A stretch of DNA of 64,000 nt, from positions 310,001 to 374,000 of the forward strand of contig CBFDEM010000050.1 of assembly GCA_965603825.1 (NCBI GenBank), given 5' to 3'. The position numbers and the translations under genes were made by a program. The notes under the pieces were generated by a model. It was not told where the DNA came from. It did not search any database and saw only the letters and a list, made by a program, of their open reading frames with translations. Of the stretch, positions 43,213 through 56,519 are shown piece after piece. Within the stretch, counting starts at the first letter, position 1; each line of letters begins with the position of its first letter. This DNA comes from Blepharisma stoltei ATCC 30299. Taxonomy: Eukaryota; Protista; Ciliophora.

Positions 43213-43262
43213 AATTTTTGATCAACAGGTTTTAATTAATTAAAACCTGTTGATCAAAAATT
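43213..43262. repeat. Perfect 50-bp palindrome
   Basis: aatttttgatcaacaggttttaatt|aattaaaacctgttgatcaaaaatt: 25-bp arms, no spacer, centred on TTAA. Confidence 0.95.
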
Positions 43263-43581
43263 TCCCAAATATTTGAGAGTTTTACATACTATAAATAAGC
43301 TAGTTCTAGACTTTAAAAAATAAATTAAACCTGATTTTCGTCATTTGTGTGCGCTTTCCGATAACGTTTAACTTTTGATTGTCTAATAAATCAGATCACA
43401 AAGGTCTCAATAGAATGATATGGAGAAAAATTATTTTAGCGAATAAGAAATTGAATGCTAGTGAAGTTTATTATCCAACAATTTAGCTCATCCCTAAATA
43501 AAAAGATAAATGAGACATAATTTTGCCGTTAAAATATAATTAGTTGAATTAAATCTAATTTTAATTTGAATGTCCATGATC

Positions 43582-46500
43582 TTAAATGTTAATGTCTAAA
43601 GAATCAAACTTGCTATTGTGGGAAATCGCAAATACGATCTTCTCTTTCATGATTTCTGGAGATGTATAAGCTGGCAGCTCAAGTCTGAATATAACATTGT
43701 TGATAATAGGAACCAATGCATTAACAGCTCCGGATTTACTGTGCTTGGCTATTGTGAATTTAAGGGGCCAATCCCACTCAACAAGCTTAGACCTTCTAGC
43801 AATATAGTCAATAAATTTGGCACGCTCATTATCTTTTAATGATTTAATTGCTCCCCAGAAGTTTTCAATATGCGGATCTGTTCTTAAGCAATTCTCGTAA
43901 ACAGTGTTTTCTTCTAAGACTTCTAATTTGACTTCTTGATTCAGGCATATGAGTTCACGTAGTTGAGCAGCTGTGAATAGGTTCAATTTATCAATAGGAA
44001 TAACAGCAGCCATACCTTTCCTTATAGAATCATAAGCTTTAGGATTTTCAAATAATTTGTGCTTCTCTAATAGATCAGCATAGTAGCCAACATTTTCAAA
44101 AGTTACGTCAATATTGGCTCCGTCTTCAAAAAGTTCCACAATTTCTTCACCATATTTTACTATAAACTTCTCAGAAATATGCTGACCGAAGTTTTCAGAA
44201 GTAATTCCATAGGCTTCAAGGTTTCTTAATTTATGCAAAAACTTGTAGAGTGGAAAGTCAAAGTCTCTTAAATCTTCAGTTGTGACGTTTTCGTATAGAA
44301 GATGTTTAAATAAAATAATAGGGAGTGAAAGTCTCAGCCTTTTTCCTGTACGGATTGTAGAACCGAAGAATTTTCCAAGAGTGGCGAATAGGTGCATATG
44401 AGCTGGGAGAGTGGAGGTTGGATTTATCATTCAATTATCTCTTCCATTGCCAACATTAAGGACGTTATTTTGAGATGGGATCAAAAGTGGAAGTAATAAA
44501 GATTGAAGCTCTTTAGAAAGTTCTGTCAATAATTCATTATACATGCTATCAAATTCTTGAATTCCTTCTAGCTTATATGCAAAATTAAACATTTTTTGAT
44601 AATTTCAAAGAGTTTTATTTGGTGCTGCTTCCAAGGCTCTGCTTATTTGACCAAACATTGAAGAAGTTGCGAAATGATCAGAATCCCCTTTAGCTTTTAT
44701 TTTTTGTGCTTTAGCTTTATCGATAGTAATTTCAATTCTGCAGAAAGTTTTAGACTCATCAAGATGGTTTTTCAATTTATCCTTCTTGAATCTTGATAAT
44801 AAATAATACTTGGCCTTCTTAATAAACTTCATGAGAGAGTTTTCTAGCTCGTCCGCTTCAGTGTGCAAATCGAACAGATAAAAGTAATTTTGGAATCTTG
44901 AGCAGAAGCTAAACAAAATTTCTTTCAAATTAAACAGCTTTGCTTTTGATAATTTTTGTAAGTCTGGATAATATATTAACTCTTCTGGAGAAATACTCAA
45001 TGAAGTGTTGCTCAACATACTGTCGAAACTAATTGAATTAGCGTCTAGGTAGCCATCCATGAATTCAATAAACTGCTGTGCTATGCCATCTTTGAAAAAT
45101 TTTGAATAAGTAGGCTTGTAGTTTTCTCTTCAATTTTCTCTGTCTACAGCTGATGCAAAGCTCAAATAGGAATCAATAAATTTGGTGTTTCTTCCTTTGA
45201 AATTAGGTGTTAAGGAGAACTGATAGCCCCAGAATTCAGTTTCTTCTTCAGAGTCAATTCTCATAAGATCAACACCAGCAGGGTATTTTCCTGTATTACA
45301 GATTGATAAGTTTTGGTTTTGTTCCGATAAAGCAGCAATAAATTTGAAGCAGTCTTCAGAGTCTTCGATATTAAGAGCCACTTGGACAGTGTTTAGCAAT
45401 TCATCATTTTTATAAAAGGCAATTTCGTTTTTATCAAAGTCGATATAGCTCCCAATGATGTCGTTTTGGTCATAGCTCACGCTGTCTGCGTTATTAATTT
45501 TTCCATTATTATAATAAATTATTGTTTGCTCATTTCCTTCAATAGTGTTCGCATTGATTAAGCTCTTCTTGGTAAAGCCAACACCTACAGATCCTTTGGA
45601 TTCAACAGAGACTTCGATATAGTATTTGCCGTGTCTCATTTCAGCTTCAGTTTCATGGTAACTTTTATCACTTGTTGACTTTGTGACAGTTGTTTTATCC
45701 GCGTTGAGTGCAGCTCCTTTCTGGTTGCTGTCCCATGCGTGCTTGATACTAGCAGTTTTATGAACTGGAATCCAATAATAGACTGAGTCTCCTATAATAT
45801 CTAAGTTTCTTTCAGAAAGAGGTTTTGACCCAGACGTTCTTTCAACACTGAGCACAGTAATGACTTGATTTAAAGCACCAAAGGAGACCACTGGAGTGAC
45901 TGAAGAAGCAATCCCCGTGAACTTGAAGACTTCAAGAGTTCCATTGAAGAAAGTCAGTTCTCTTAAGCTCATATCAATAAACATTGTGATTTCATCTCCC
46001 TCCTTAAATCCTTCGAACCCATCTTTGAACCACCCTTTCTTGTGAAATTCACCAGTTCTTTTCCAACTCCATACATCATGAGGACAGTAGCATCCTATGT
46101 ACTCATTTAGGTCATAATATTCGGCATCTTTTGCAGTCCTATAAACTCCAATGTACCAATACTCAGAGTCTCCATCAGATTCTATCTTGAATTTGATACT
46201 CACTGTGCCTTCAGAGTAATTTTCAGACCAAATTGCGTTGCCCCATCCGCTTCCTTTGACTCTGGTAACTTTGGAAGTTCCTTCTGAAAAAGAGACTTTC
46301 TTTCCACAAGGTTCTTTTCTCCATCTCGTAGTTGTTGTTTCAAATTTATTTTCTTCGACTAATTTCTTACCATATTCATCATAGCTGAAAATAACTGTGT
46401 CTCTTGGGTCAAAACTTGAATTTGAATTGAAGACTATACTAATAAAGGAAGCACCAGGAATTTGGATGAATTCTTTTGTGGTTTGTCTGATATAAGGGTG

Positions 46501-49500
46501 TTTGGACTCATAAGTTCTTCCGATGTTGCAAGTAACGCTCTTCTTAAATGATTCGAATAAGAAAGTTTCTAGCAGTCCATCTTTTTCGCTTAGACCTTTA
46601 ATATCAGAAACAAGTTCACAAAATTCCATAAACCAAGGCTCCTCTCCAGTAAGTTGGAATTTATGTGAAGCATCTTCTAACAGCCTTGCAGTTGCTTGCA
46701 TCAAACTATTTTCTACTTTTTTAGAGCTCACAGCATTATGAAGCTCATTTGCTTGAGCAACCAAGATCTTAAGAATATTTTTGAGCAATGGGCCTTTCTG
46801 ATCTCTTATAATCTTATTCAAAATTCTTATAGAGTCAAGCTTCAATTCCAATGTGTTTGCTGATAGAGAATGCAAGAATATAGGCTGAACAAATCTAGGG
46901 TGAGTTATTTCCATAAATTCCATAGGTACTGGATTCATGCTTGAAATCTTATTTAGCAACCACATTGCAGGCCAAGGATTTTCTGTAACTAGAGAAACTG
47001 GGTTTTCAGGAATCACATCAAACTTATATCCCCATAAGCTACCTGATTTAGCAGACTGGAAATGTAAATAAACAACTTCTCCTTCAACTTCGAATGGAGT
47101 CCAGAGCCTTTTATCTCCTCCTGAAAAGCTTCTGATTTCATCAACTCTTCCTGGGCTCATATAGAATGTTAAAGGTTCTCCATAATTTTTAGTCTTACAT
47201 TGTGGATCAAACACAAAAAAGAGCTTTTTAGCTCCAGGAATTCTGATTTCTTGATCTAAATTCATGTTAGTATCATATGGGTGGCTTGGGCTTTCAACTG
47301 TTAATGGAGCCAATAATCCTCTTTGCTTTTCTGCATAGATCAAGCATCTAAGCATCCTTTCTAGGCAGTCCTTAAAAAGCTTGTCCTTGAATTTCGGATT
47401 GTCTTGGAACAGTAAAGTATCAATTTTTTTAGAAATTTTATTTACAGAACTTCCTAAGAAATAGAATAATTTGATGATGCTGAATTCCTCAGCTATTGTT
47501 ACAATAGAGGTTGGGTATTTTTTGATGAGCATTAGAGCAAGTTTTTTGTATGAGGCTTGCTTTGAGGATTCCATAAGCTTATAAAAGTGGCTGAAGAGCT
47601 CTTGAATAGAGAGAGCTTCGAAAAGGCTTCTTTAAATTTTCTTTCGGTATTTTCTGCAGTTTCTAATAATCCGCATAGTGGCATTTTAGATGAATTCATC
47701 TTCTTAAATGGTGTAAGCGCGCAGTTCAAAGCAGTATCACTTATCTTTACAGCTAAAAATAAAACTGATTTCTTTCATAAGTTATGGCCAAGATTTATCG
47801 CATTGCCATCTCCATCTTGAATTATCTTATAGCCAAATGGCACTTTTACATTGTACATTGAAGAAGATTTGATGAAAATGATATCTTTTATGCATGAATT
47901 TTTTATTTCCACTTGCTTTACCCAGATATGAGTTAAAGAGTCACTTGCTTGGTCTTCAGGATCAAAGTTCCCTAAATCTGTATAGTATTTAACTTCTGTG
48001 CCTAGAGCAATGCTTGAGTACCCATTTCCAGTAGTCACCTGCTCTTTTTTAGCGCATAAAATCATTCTATTTGGAATATTGAACTCTTTCTGCTTGCCAT
48101 CTTCATAGATCGGAACTACTGCAAATCCATTAGGGACTTCACGAATTGTTTTAACCAGTTTTAACTCAGTGATGACTTCTTGATTTAGAGAGATAAGGGT
48201 ATTATGGAAAGAGTTCGGGAAATTCTGAGAAATGTAGTCTAAGCTAGACCTTAAGTCTCTGTCTGATGATAGAGCTTGAGTTATTTGGTCTTCAGTCAAG
48301 CCTAAAAGTTTTAGTCTTAGCCGATCATAGTTGTCAGATTTTTGAATGACTTTGATTGTTTTATATGTCTCAGCATCTTTAGGTTTATCAACTTTAGCTG
48401 GTGCAGATTTGGTGTTTTTATCGTTATACACTTCAAAAGTTAACAATGAAGCTCTTGTGCCAGCTTCCATATAAAGTCCATAAGCTCCCATTTGAAGACC
48501 GTCAAATGCAGTTATATTCTGCAGATCAGTAGTTTCTCCGGTGTTATCATTAATTATTTTAATTTCTCCATTTGGATTTAAATAAATCCTAACAGCCAAT
48601 ACTTCATCAAGCCTGGCAGGATAGACAACACTACCATTGACTTCAAAGCTTGGGAGTCCAGAGTTTGTGCTAATTCCTATATCCACTTCTCCAAGTTTGA
48701 GACCATATGACAACTGATTTTGATAGTGAATGCCTTCTAACTGCGCTAGAATAGTCAAAGATTCTACAAATTTTGTAGTATTTCTGAATACAGATAAGTC
48801 TGGAACTGTCCTTATTTCTTTTCTTGCTGTTGGGAAATTGTTATTTTCTATCACGAATTGGCCATTTAAATTTTGGTAAATATCTGCGTATCCAGCGATA
48901 TCGAATGCTTCAAGGCTTCAAGATTTAATTGGCTGAAGCTTGAATAGTAGGCTTGATTTTGGCTCTTCTATTTTTCCAGCAAATTCTAAAATCCCATTTT
49001 TATCCTTGATTCCTTTGTCAAGACACTTAGCGATGATCATTGTCAGAATATTTTCTTTTGTCAATTCTTCAATTAGGCGTTTGGTTTTATCGCTAGCATT
49101 CGAAAACATTTCCATTATTTCTTCATCTGTAAAGTCGTCATAAATATATTTTTCTGCGATTGTCTTTACAATTTGTTTAATAAGTAACTGCTTTTCTTTA
49201 TTTCCGATGACTTTAGTTTCAGCTTTAGCATGCTTCATGATGGATCTTAATAGGTCTGCTCCTTCATTGTCACTAATATCTTTATTTTTTAAGATAAGTG
49301 TAATTATATTAACAATAATGTTTTCTAAGTGAACATAAAGAGTTCTGAATGAAACAATTCTCTCAGATTTAATATTGAAGCGCAAAAATTCTGAGTCTAT
49401 TAAAGCAAACCACAAATTGATAGCTGAGTCTTTAATGTTCTGCAGTTCATCTTGGCAAAGCATTTCCATGGCATTAAAGTTATTGATCGTCTTTAAATAA

Positions 49501-52500
49501 GCAATGGACTCTGCATTAACTGACACCGTCTCATCAGTGGCAGGAGAATAAATCGCTACTGTGTCCCCATCAATTGCTCTTATAATACATCTTGTCATCC
49601 TAGAATCAATCAGTTTAGCTTCAGCCAGCTCAATTGGATCGTTTCCAAAAATATCAATTTCCTTCGATAAAATTGTTAAAGTTTCGATTGCTCCAACTTG
49701 ATACATAGGAAGTGCTTTTCCGTCCTTTAAGTTTTGGCAAGCATCGTTTAATGATTTCATAATTGTGGTGAGTATCTCGCCTCTCCATCTTTCTATGTTC
49801 ATGAATTCTTTCAAAAGCACAATTGCTTCATAGCCACATCTGAAAAGTTTGCTTTTTGTATCTCTGAAGCCATACCAGTAAGTCATTTTTCCAATTCTTT
49901 TAAGCAAAGATTGGAAAAAGTCGGTGCTTGTGCTTTCAGAGTCAGGAAGCGTAGTCCAGATTGCACCTAGTGTTTGAGGTGAGTGCTGGGATGGGAGAAT
50001 TGCTTTGAGGATGCTAGACCCAAGGGCAAAGTTGCTTTCTGCGCTGCTCAGGAAAGTAATTTTAAGGAGCTCTGCAAGATATTCTTCACGAGCTAAGAGG
50101 CTCACTATTGTACTCGATCCGAAGCACCCATAAATTGTCCACAATAGAGAAGTCATATATTCACTTGCAGATTTTCTTTCTTTATATACTTCTAAACAGC
50201 TATTAGGAAGATCATCATACTGGAGAAGAGCCCACTTCAGCTCATGATAATAATCGAAAAACCTATTATGATCTTTAGCTATTGCATGCATTGCTACATA
50301 CAAATCTAAATTGCCTTCTTCGTTTTTGAATTCTGATGGGCAATTTTCTTGAACTTTATCGCTCTGCACAATGCCTTTAATTTCTGCTAACTCGAAAAGA
50401 TCGATAAATTGTTGAAAAGATTTTCCTTGATGTTTTGGATTGAACCTTGAAACAATATTTTTATATATGGTATCAATATTGCAAAAATCATAAGATAAAG
50501 CTGCTTGCTCAAAATCTTCTGGTATTTCAGTCCAGATCTTGGAGTGGTCAATATAATACTGATCTTCTTTAGAAAGTGTATCTTTCGTAGCATAGATTGC
50601 GTTGATATATTTAAAGAAATCGAAATTTCCTTTAGAATTTTTGTAAGCATCTTGGCTTGAAAGGAGTTCTGAGCACTCAGGATCAAGTTTCGAAATTTCA
50701 GCAGGAATTAAAACCCCTTTCATTGCAGGGTCAGCTTTGGCAACTAAATCGTTAATCGTTTCCTTCAGCTAGGATTCTCCTAGTTTTTCAGTCTCTTTAT
50801 TAAACTGCCTCACCCATTCTTGCATTGGATTCTTTTTAAAAGCTTTGACAGTGTTCATTTTATTTACCCACAACTGCCCTGAAACTACTTCGCTGAGCTT
50901 TAGACCTGAGTAGCCCAGCTCCAATAGCGATTGATCCCACTTTAATTCATTAAAAATCGAATTTAAAAACAGATCTTGGACAGTCTGTTTGACAACTGAA
51001 TTAATTTGACTTACATTTCCAGCTGCACTAAAGACTAAAAGCTTATAAGCGGCCCATACTGTTCTGCATAACCTATCTTTAAGGGTTTCTCTTAATTTCT
51101 TTTCATCTTCTGATTCATCACCTAATAAATCATAATAAGGCTTGTATTCACATTCAAGGCTCTCCTGAATACTGACAAGAAATTGGTTCTTTGCACTTGG
51201 TTCGCTCTTTTTGATGAAAATATGTTTGGATTCTCCATTCCGAGTGAACTGGCCTAAATTGTTATATCCTTCAATTTCTTCAGATGCGATTTGGAAATCG
51301 ACTACAGGAATTGCTCCATTGTGCTCAATAATTAAATAGAGATTCTGGCCTTCTCCTTCTCTGGCTTCTAAGAGAATTTTATCAACATCTTTAGAGATAT
51401 CAGCTTCTACCAAGATTTTAAATCCTGTAATGCACTGATCCAAAAGGAATGATTTGGTATCAACTTCTTCTCCTATATAACCTTTAGACCAATTCAATAA
51501 AAGAGAAATGATAAGTGGGAACTGTTGCTCGACTATCATAAGATTATCAGACTCTTTTAATGGGAAGCATAACGCATCTAAAATAGTCAAGTAATGGGAG
51601 TATAAAGGTCTTTCTATGACTTCTGTTTTTGATTTGAGTAGCTCTTTCTGCAAGTATCCATAGATGGTATAAAATGACTTTTGGACACACTTTAATAGGC
51701 TTAAATCAATTCCTTCCACATTTTCCCAATAATGGAATTTTATATTGTTTTGTTTTAAAGAGTCAATAAAGGATCTTATTAGTGAAGTTTCTTTTCTAGA
51801 CGATAAGTTCATTGAGTTTCCTAAGCTGGAAAGTCCAAGAGCTCTTGCAATAGCTTTCACTCTTCTTTTCTCAATGGTGTCCACAATTTTTTCAGCTGAG
51901 ACAGGAGTTTCGAATAACGAAAAAATAAGCTCAGATATTTTTTTGATTCCTTTAACGTCTTCTGAGTGGCTTTCGTCTTCGCTTTCATTCCTTCCTAGCT
52001 TAACAACTAAGCTTGAATCTACTGCAACTCCTTCTTTGACTTCCTTCCATTTGCTTTCATTTCTTTTCATTTTAGAAGTACTGGCTTCTTGGACTACATT
52101 TACTACCAAATATTTCATTGTTTTAGTAATCCCAAGCTCATTTAAGCCTTGAGTATGCTGTGAATTGATTAATAAAGCGCATTTAAATACAACATCTTTA
52201 GAGACTTCTTCAAAGGTCATAGATACAGTTTCTTTCAATTTTTGGATGTATTTCTCAGCCCACTTTCTATATTTGACTGCATCTTTTACGAGGTATTTTA
52301 CTGTAGATCCAACACTTATAGGATCTTGAAGAAGGTTTTTAAAAGTCTCAGCGAATTCGAAGATAGCTAGATAAACAGCGAAAATGGCTCTTTCTGCTTT
52401 ATCAAATTCAGATCCTCCAAGTGCTGAATCTTCTTCGCTAATTCCGCTCAAAGTTTTCAGGGCATTCCAATCTCTTCCAATTTTGCTATCCCCTTCAATG

Positions 52501-55500
52501 AAATCATTGATAAACTGATTGTCAGAATACTTTGCATCTCCCCATTTTCCAAAAGAGTCAATATACTCTTGCAACGTCAGCTCTGATTTATTATTGCATA
52601 CCAGCTTTTTAGTAGGATCGCTTCTAATAAACTGATTTAGCATCTTAGGCTTAATTTTTTCTCCAATTCCAGGCACTTGGGCAAGGGTGATAAGACTATC
52701 TGGGATAGGATTTTGAGACTTAAAAAGTGATAAAGTCTTATCAGAAATTCCGTATTTAAGCAATGGGTTTTGAAGTAAATCTCTCGCTTCTTCATCTTCT
52801 GGTGTTGCCTCAAATTCTCCAGAAACCAATTTTACGTAGATAAATCTAACCAAAAACCCTGCTGCATCTTTTATGGTATCTGGCCATTCTTTAGTATAAT
52901 ATTCAGCTTGCACTTCACCGAAAATATCAATTTTCCAGCCCCACGTGGAAAAGTATCTTGAGTAGAATGTGAAGAACAAATAAGGGATATTTACTTCAAT
53001 TCTTTTTCCATTCTTTGGGAAATTTTCTCCTTCCCATCTAAAGAGGTTTCCTTTTTTATTATCGTCTTCCCAAAGCTCTAAATAATCTTGATATCTTTCG
53101 GTTTTGCATTTAGGATCAAAGACCAAATAATATTTTCTTGCTCCAGGGATCTTTACCTTGTGGGTAATAAAATAATCTGTTTGGTATTTGTGACTACTTT
53201 CAAAAGCATCTCCTACAGCTAGAGTTCAGCATTTATTTAGGATTTTTGGCTTTGGGTCAAAGTGTTGTAGAGATGTTGTGATGCTCTGCAAAACTAGCAA
53301 AATTTTTGCTAAGAAATCAAGGCTCATTCTGGTTAAAACCAACATGTAAAGAAGAGTTTCTAATAAATCTGCAAGTATAGTTTTTCTTAAAGTGTTTGTG
53401 AGTTCATCTGACAATGTAGACCCTTTTTCTTTTGCTTTTACAATATGAAAAACTTCTTCACACTTCTGGAAAACACTTAATGAGTAGTTCATTAAGATTT
53501 CTTGCCATTTTCCTTTGAAGTTAGACTTAGCAGCTTGACCGAACAAAACAATTTGACTTGTTTCAAGAAGTTTCAAAACTCCAATAGATGTCTCTTCTCC
53601 TCTTACAAGTTTCTTGGAAATTTCTGAAGAAAGCTCAATCAAGTACTTGAAATAAGTTTCCACTAAATGCTGAGACTCGTCATTAATAAGCTCTAAGGCT
53701 GGGAAAAGTTTTTCTGGTTGAGCCATTTCAAGGAAAATTCTATCTTCAAGCTCTTTAAGGATACCTGATATCTCAACTCCGTCCATTTGATCTTTAAGTC
53801 TATCTAGTAAGTAAGACAATTTCTCCTTTGGGTCCTTATAAAAGACAGAAAAGCACGATGTCACAATTTTTGTGGCTTCTTCACAAGCCTTGGACCCTGG
53901 CATGCTAGTTATTAGATCAATAGCGATTTTCATAATTCTTGTTCTTAGCTGTCTTTCTAAAGTTACATTTGGGATCATGCTCGACCCAATTAAGTGCGAT
54001 CTGGTGAGTTTTAGGACATAAACGAGCATTTCTAAATAAATTTCTTTCGATTCTCTTTCGACATTTTCTGAGTGAATTTTTTCAATACAAATCAAAGCCA
54101 ATTTTTCTAAAATTTCGACAGTTTCATTCTTGATGTCAAGGAAAAGCCAAATTTTTTCAACATTCGCCTTTTTCTCTATATTTTCTAATTTTTCTATGAT
54201 ATCGGAATTTGAGACGTCAAGCGATTTAAGAATATAGTGCGTGAGCTCAATAGGCTTCATTTCGAGATACTCATCAGCCATTTCTCCAGTTGTGATAGCT
54301 CTGTCAATGATGCTTAAATCTTCAAGCTTCACTTCTACATTAGACCTTTTTCTATAGTTTTCAACTTTTATGCGAGCAATTTTTGGCATATCTAGGGGAT
54401 TATAGATGATTTTGTATTTGCCGTTTTCACTAACGCTCATAAAAAGTTTCATAATTTCAGGGAGATCTTTAATAGGTCCATTGGGGTCTTCTTTTCCATT
54501 ATGGAAGAAAAGAACAGTGCGCTCTTCCATATCCAGCAAAAGTCCAATCTTGTCCCCGACTACATATCTTTCGAAGGTGTACAATTCCATTCTAACTTTG
54601 CCTATACTTCCGTTAGGCTGATAATAGAGAGCACACGATTTTTTTTTTATAGGTGGTCTGTTGAGGTCAGAATAATATCTATTACAAACTCCATAGTAAA
54701 CTCTGTCATCTTCACCTTCAATCCAAATCATCTCAAAATAGTGAGCCCCTTTTGTCCAAGCTTCTGCTGAAAGAACAGTTGCCCATTGACCTAAAGTTGT
54801 ACTGATTAAAAAATCTGGCTCATCGCTTTTGATTTCTAATTCTTTCGCTTTCTTTTGAGTATCCCAAGCAAAAGAATCACTTATTTTTAAGAACTTAAAG
54901 TTTGTTAGCATAGGGAAAATTTGTTTATAAATTGGAGAATAGTCTTGACTTGGGTCCAAATTGGCAAATGCTAAAGCTAATGCTAAAGCGGTACACACAT
55001 TCCCTGTAGCTATATAAAGCCCAAAAAGAATTGAATAGCAGGCATTTATGTCTTCCTCTTGGATATTTGGGAGCTCTCTTCTTATCATTGAGTTGACAAA
55101 TGTAAGAACTGATAAAACTGCTTGAGAGATAGAAGGGTCTTTATCATATAGTGCCATTGGGCTTAAACCAAGAACTATACCTGAAGCAGCTTCTATAACA
55201 GTCTTATAAAGTCCAGGTTTATCAGAGCCTAAAACCTTAATTATCCCAAGCAATGAAGGCAGGCCAAAAAATAGCTCTAATTTGGCAATTGGGTTGAGGA
55301 TTTCTTTAGTTTTTGAAGCTAATGGCTTTGATTTTCTTTTTTCGCGCTCATCCATTCTAAGTAGAGCTTCATAAGTTCTGCTCAGGAATTGAAGTTTTTT
55401 CGTCACCTCAGCTGAGCTTGAGTCTTCCCCTCTACGTACGTCAATTTCATTCAGTAAGCCTTGGATGACTTTTGTGTGCCTTTCGTTGATAAAGCTTTTA

Positions 55501-55744
55501 TCTTCCATGCTGCACATCATTTGCTCTTCATTTATGCAGTTCAGGTCTTCAAGATTGGCTAAGGCAGATGATGATGAACTTGGGAGATGATAATTATTGA
55601 GGTCCTCTCGAGCAAATAGATAACTATAATCGAAAAAAGTTTTTGGTCACCAAGAATGCTCAGATCTCCCTTCAGCTCATTTTCTAGAGCTTCAGAAGTT
55701 AAACCTGATACACGAGTTGCTATGCTGGTGGCTGCGTTACCCAT
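43582..55744 (-). pseudogene. HECT-fold giant gene copy 3, full length but disrupted
   Basis: Colinear with copy 1 from MGNAATS to LDINI. 1-nt deletions in homopolymers at ~55633-55638 and ~47621-47624; in-frame TAG at 50769-50771. Other track breaks are TGA. Confidence 0.82.
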
Positions 55745-55834
55745 TAATTATTAGTGATGACTGAAAATGGTCTAAATATAGATGATAATAAATCTGTTAA
55801 ATGTTTTTAAAGTCTTTTAAGCAGAATATTTAAA

Positions 55835-55966
55835 TCTCCTTTCAGCTCTTTTTCTAGGGCTTCAGGAGATAGGTCTGATATACGGCTGCAAAGGTGATAG
55901 CTGCGTTACAATAAATTATTATCCTTAAGAGAAAAATGGATGATGTATGCATATAATAAAATCTGT
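55835..55966 (-). repeat. Decayed direct duplicate of the first ~26 codons and 5' flank of the giant gene
   Basis: atctcctttcagctctttttctagggcttcagg...gctgcgttac...aaaatgg...taataaaatctgt parallels 55664-55797; the ATG is lost. Confidence 0.75.
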
Positions 55967-56089
55967 TCTGATTTCCATAAAATTTTAAAAATGACAGAGT
56001 AAGTAAAAAGAATTCAAAATAATATAATATCTTGTAATTTTAATTCTTTAAATGCTCGCTAATACTGTATTTACTATAAAAATAAGATA

Positions 56090-56330
56090 ATATTATCCAT
56101 AGGCCATACTTCTGCATCTTATAAATGGATACACTATCTTTTGAGAATTTAATTCTGCAATCTGAATGATATTATCTTTTCTAATAAAAGTAAAATTAAC
56201 CAAATAAAGGATGACATCCAAATCCTTTAGAACAGAAAGTGGCTTAAATCTTGTAAAGCATTTAGGTTGCAGACTAATCCAATATTCATCCATCCAAATA
56301 TTAAAAGATCTGGAACTGATGGGATGTGCA
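56090..56330 (-). mobile_element. Possible third LINE remnant (RT C-terminal region)
   Basis: With frameshifts reads HIPSVPDL/xYLD...KIVYPFI/DAEVW, resembling KYLG...P..Y..E.W at about the same spacing (~60 codons) as in the 40249-40728 RT. Weak. Confidence 0.3.
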
Positions 56331-56519
56331 TTTTGTTCCTAAATAATTATAAAAATCCTTTTCTAAAAGCACTTAGATTGCATAATAAAAAAGAGAGGAA
56401 GGGGATGATTAAATGTTTTAAAAATATATACATTCCAAATAAAAAATATAAATTTAATATTATGCGTTAAAATATAATATATTTAATTAAACCTAATTTT
56501 AATTTGAATGCTGATTATC

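Noticed and set aside
47621-55638. Programmed ribosomal frameshifting at the two copy-3 frameshifts
   Set aside because: No correctly phased X-XXY-YYZ slippery site or Euplotes-type AAA-TAR motif; copy 1 is in frame at both sites and copy 4 at the one visible.
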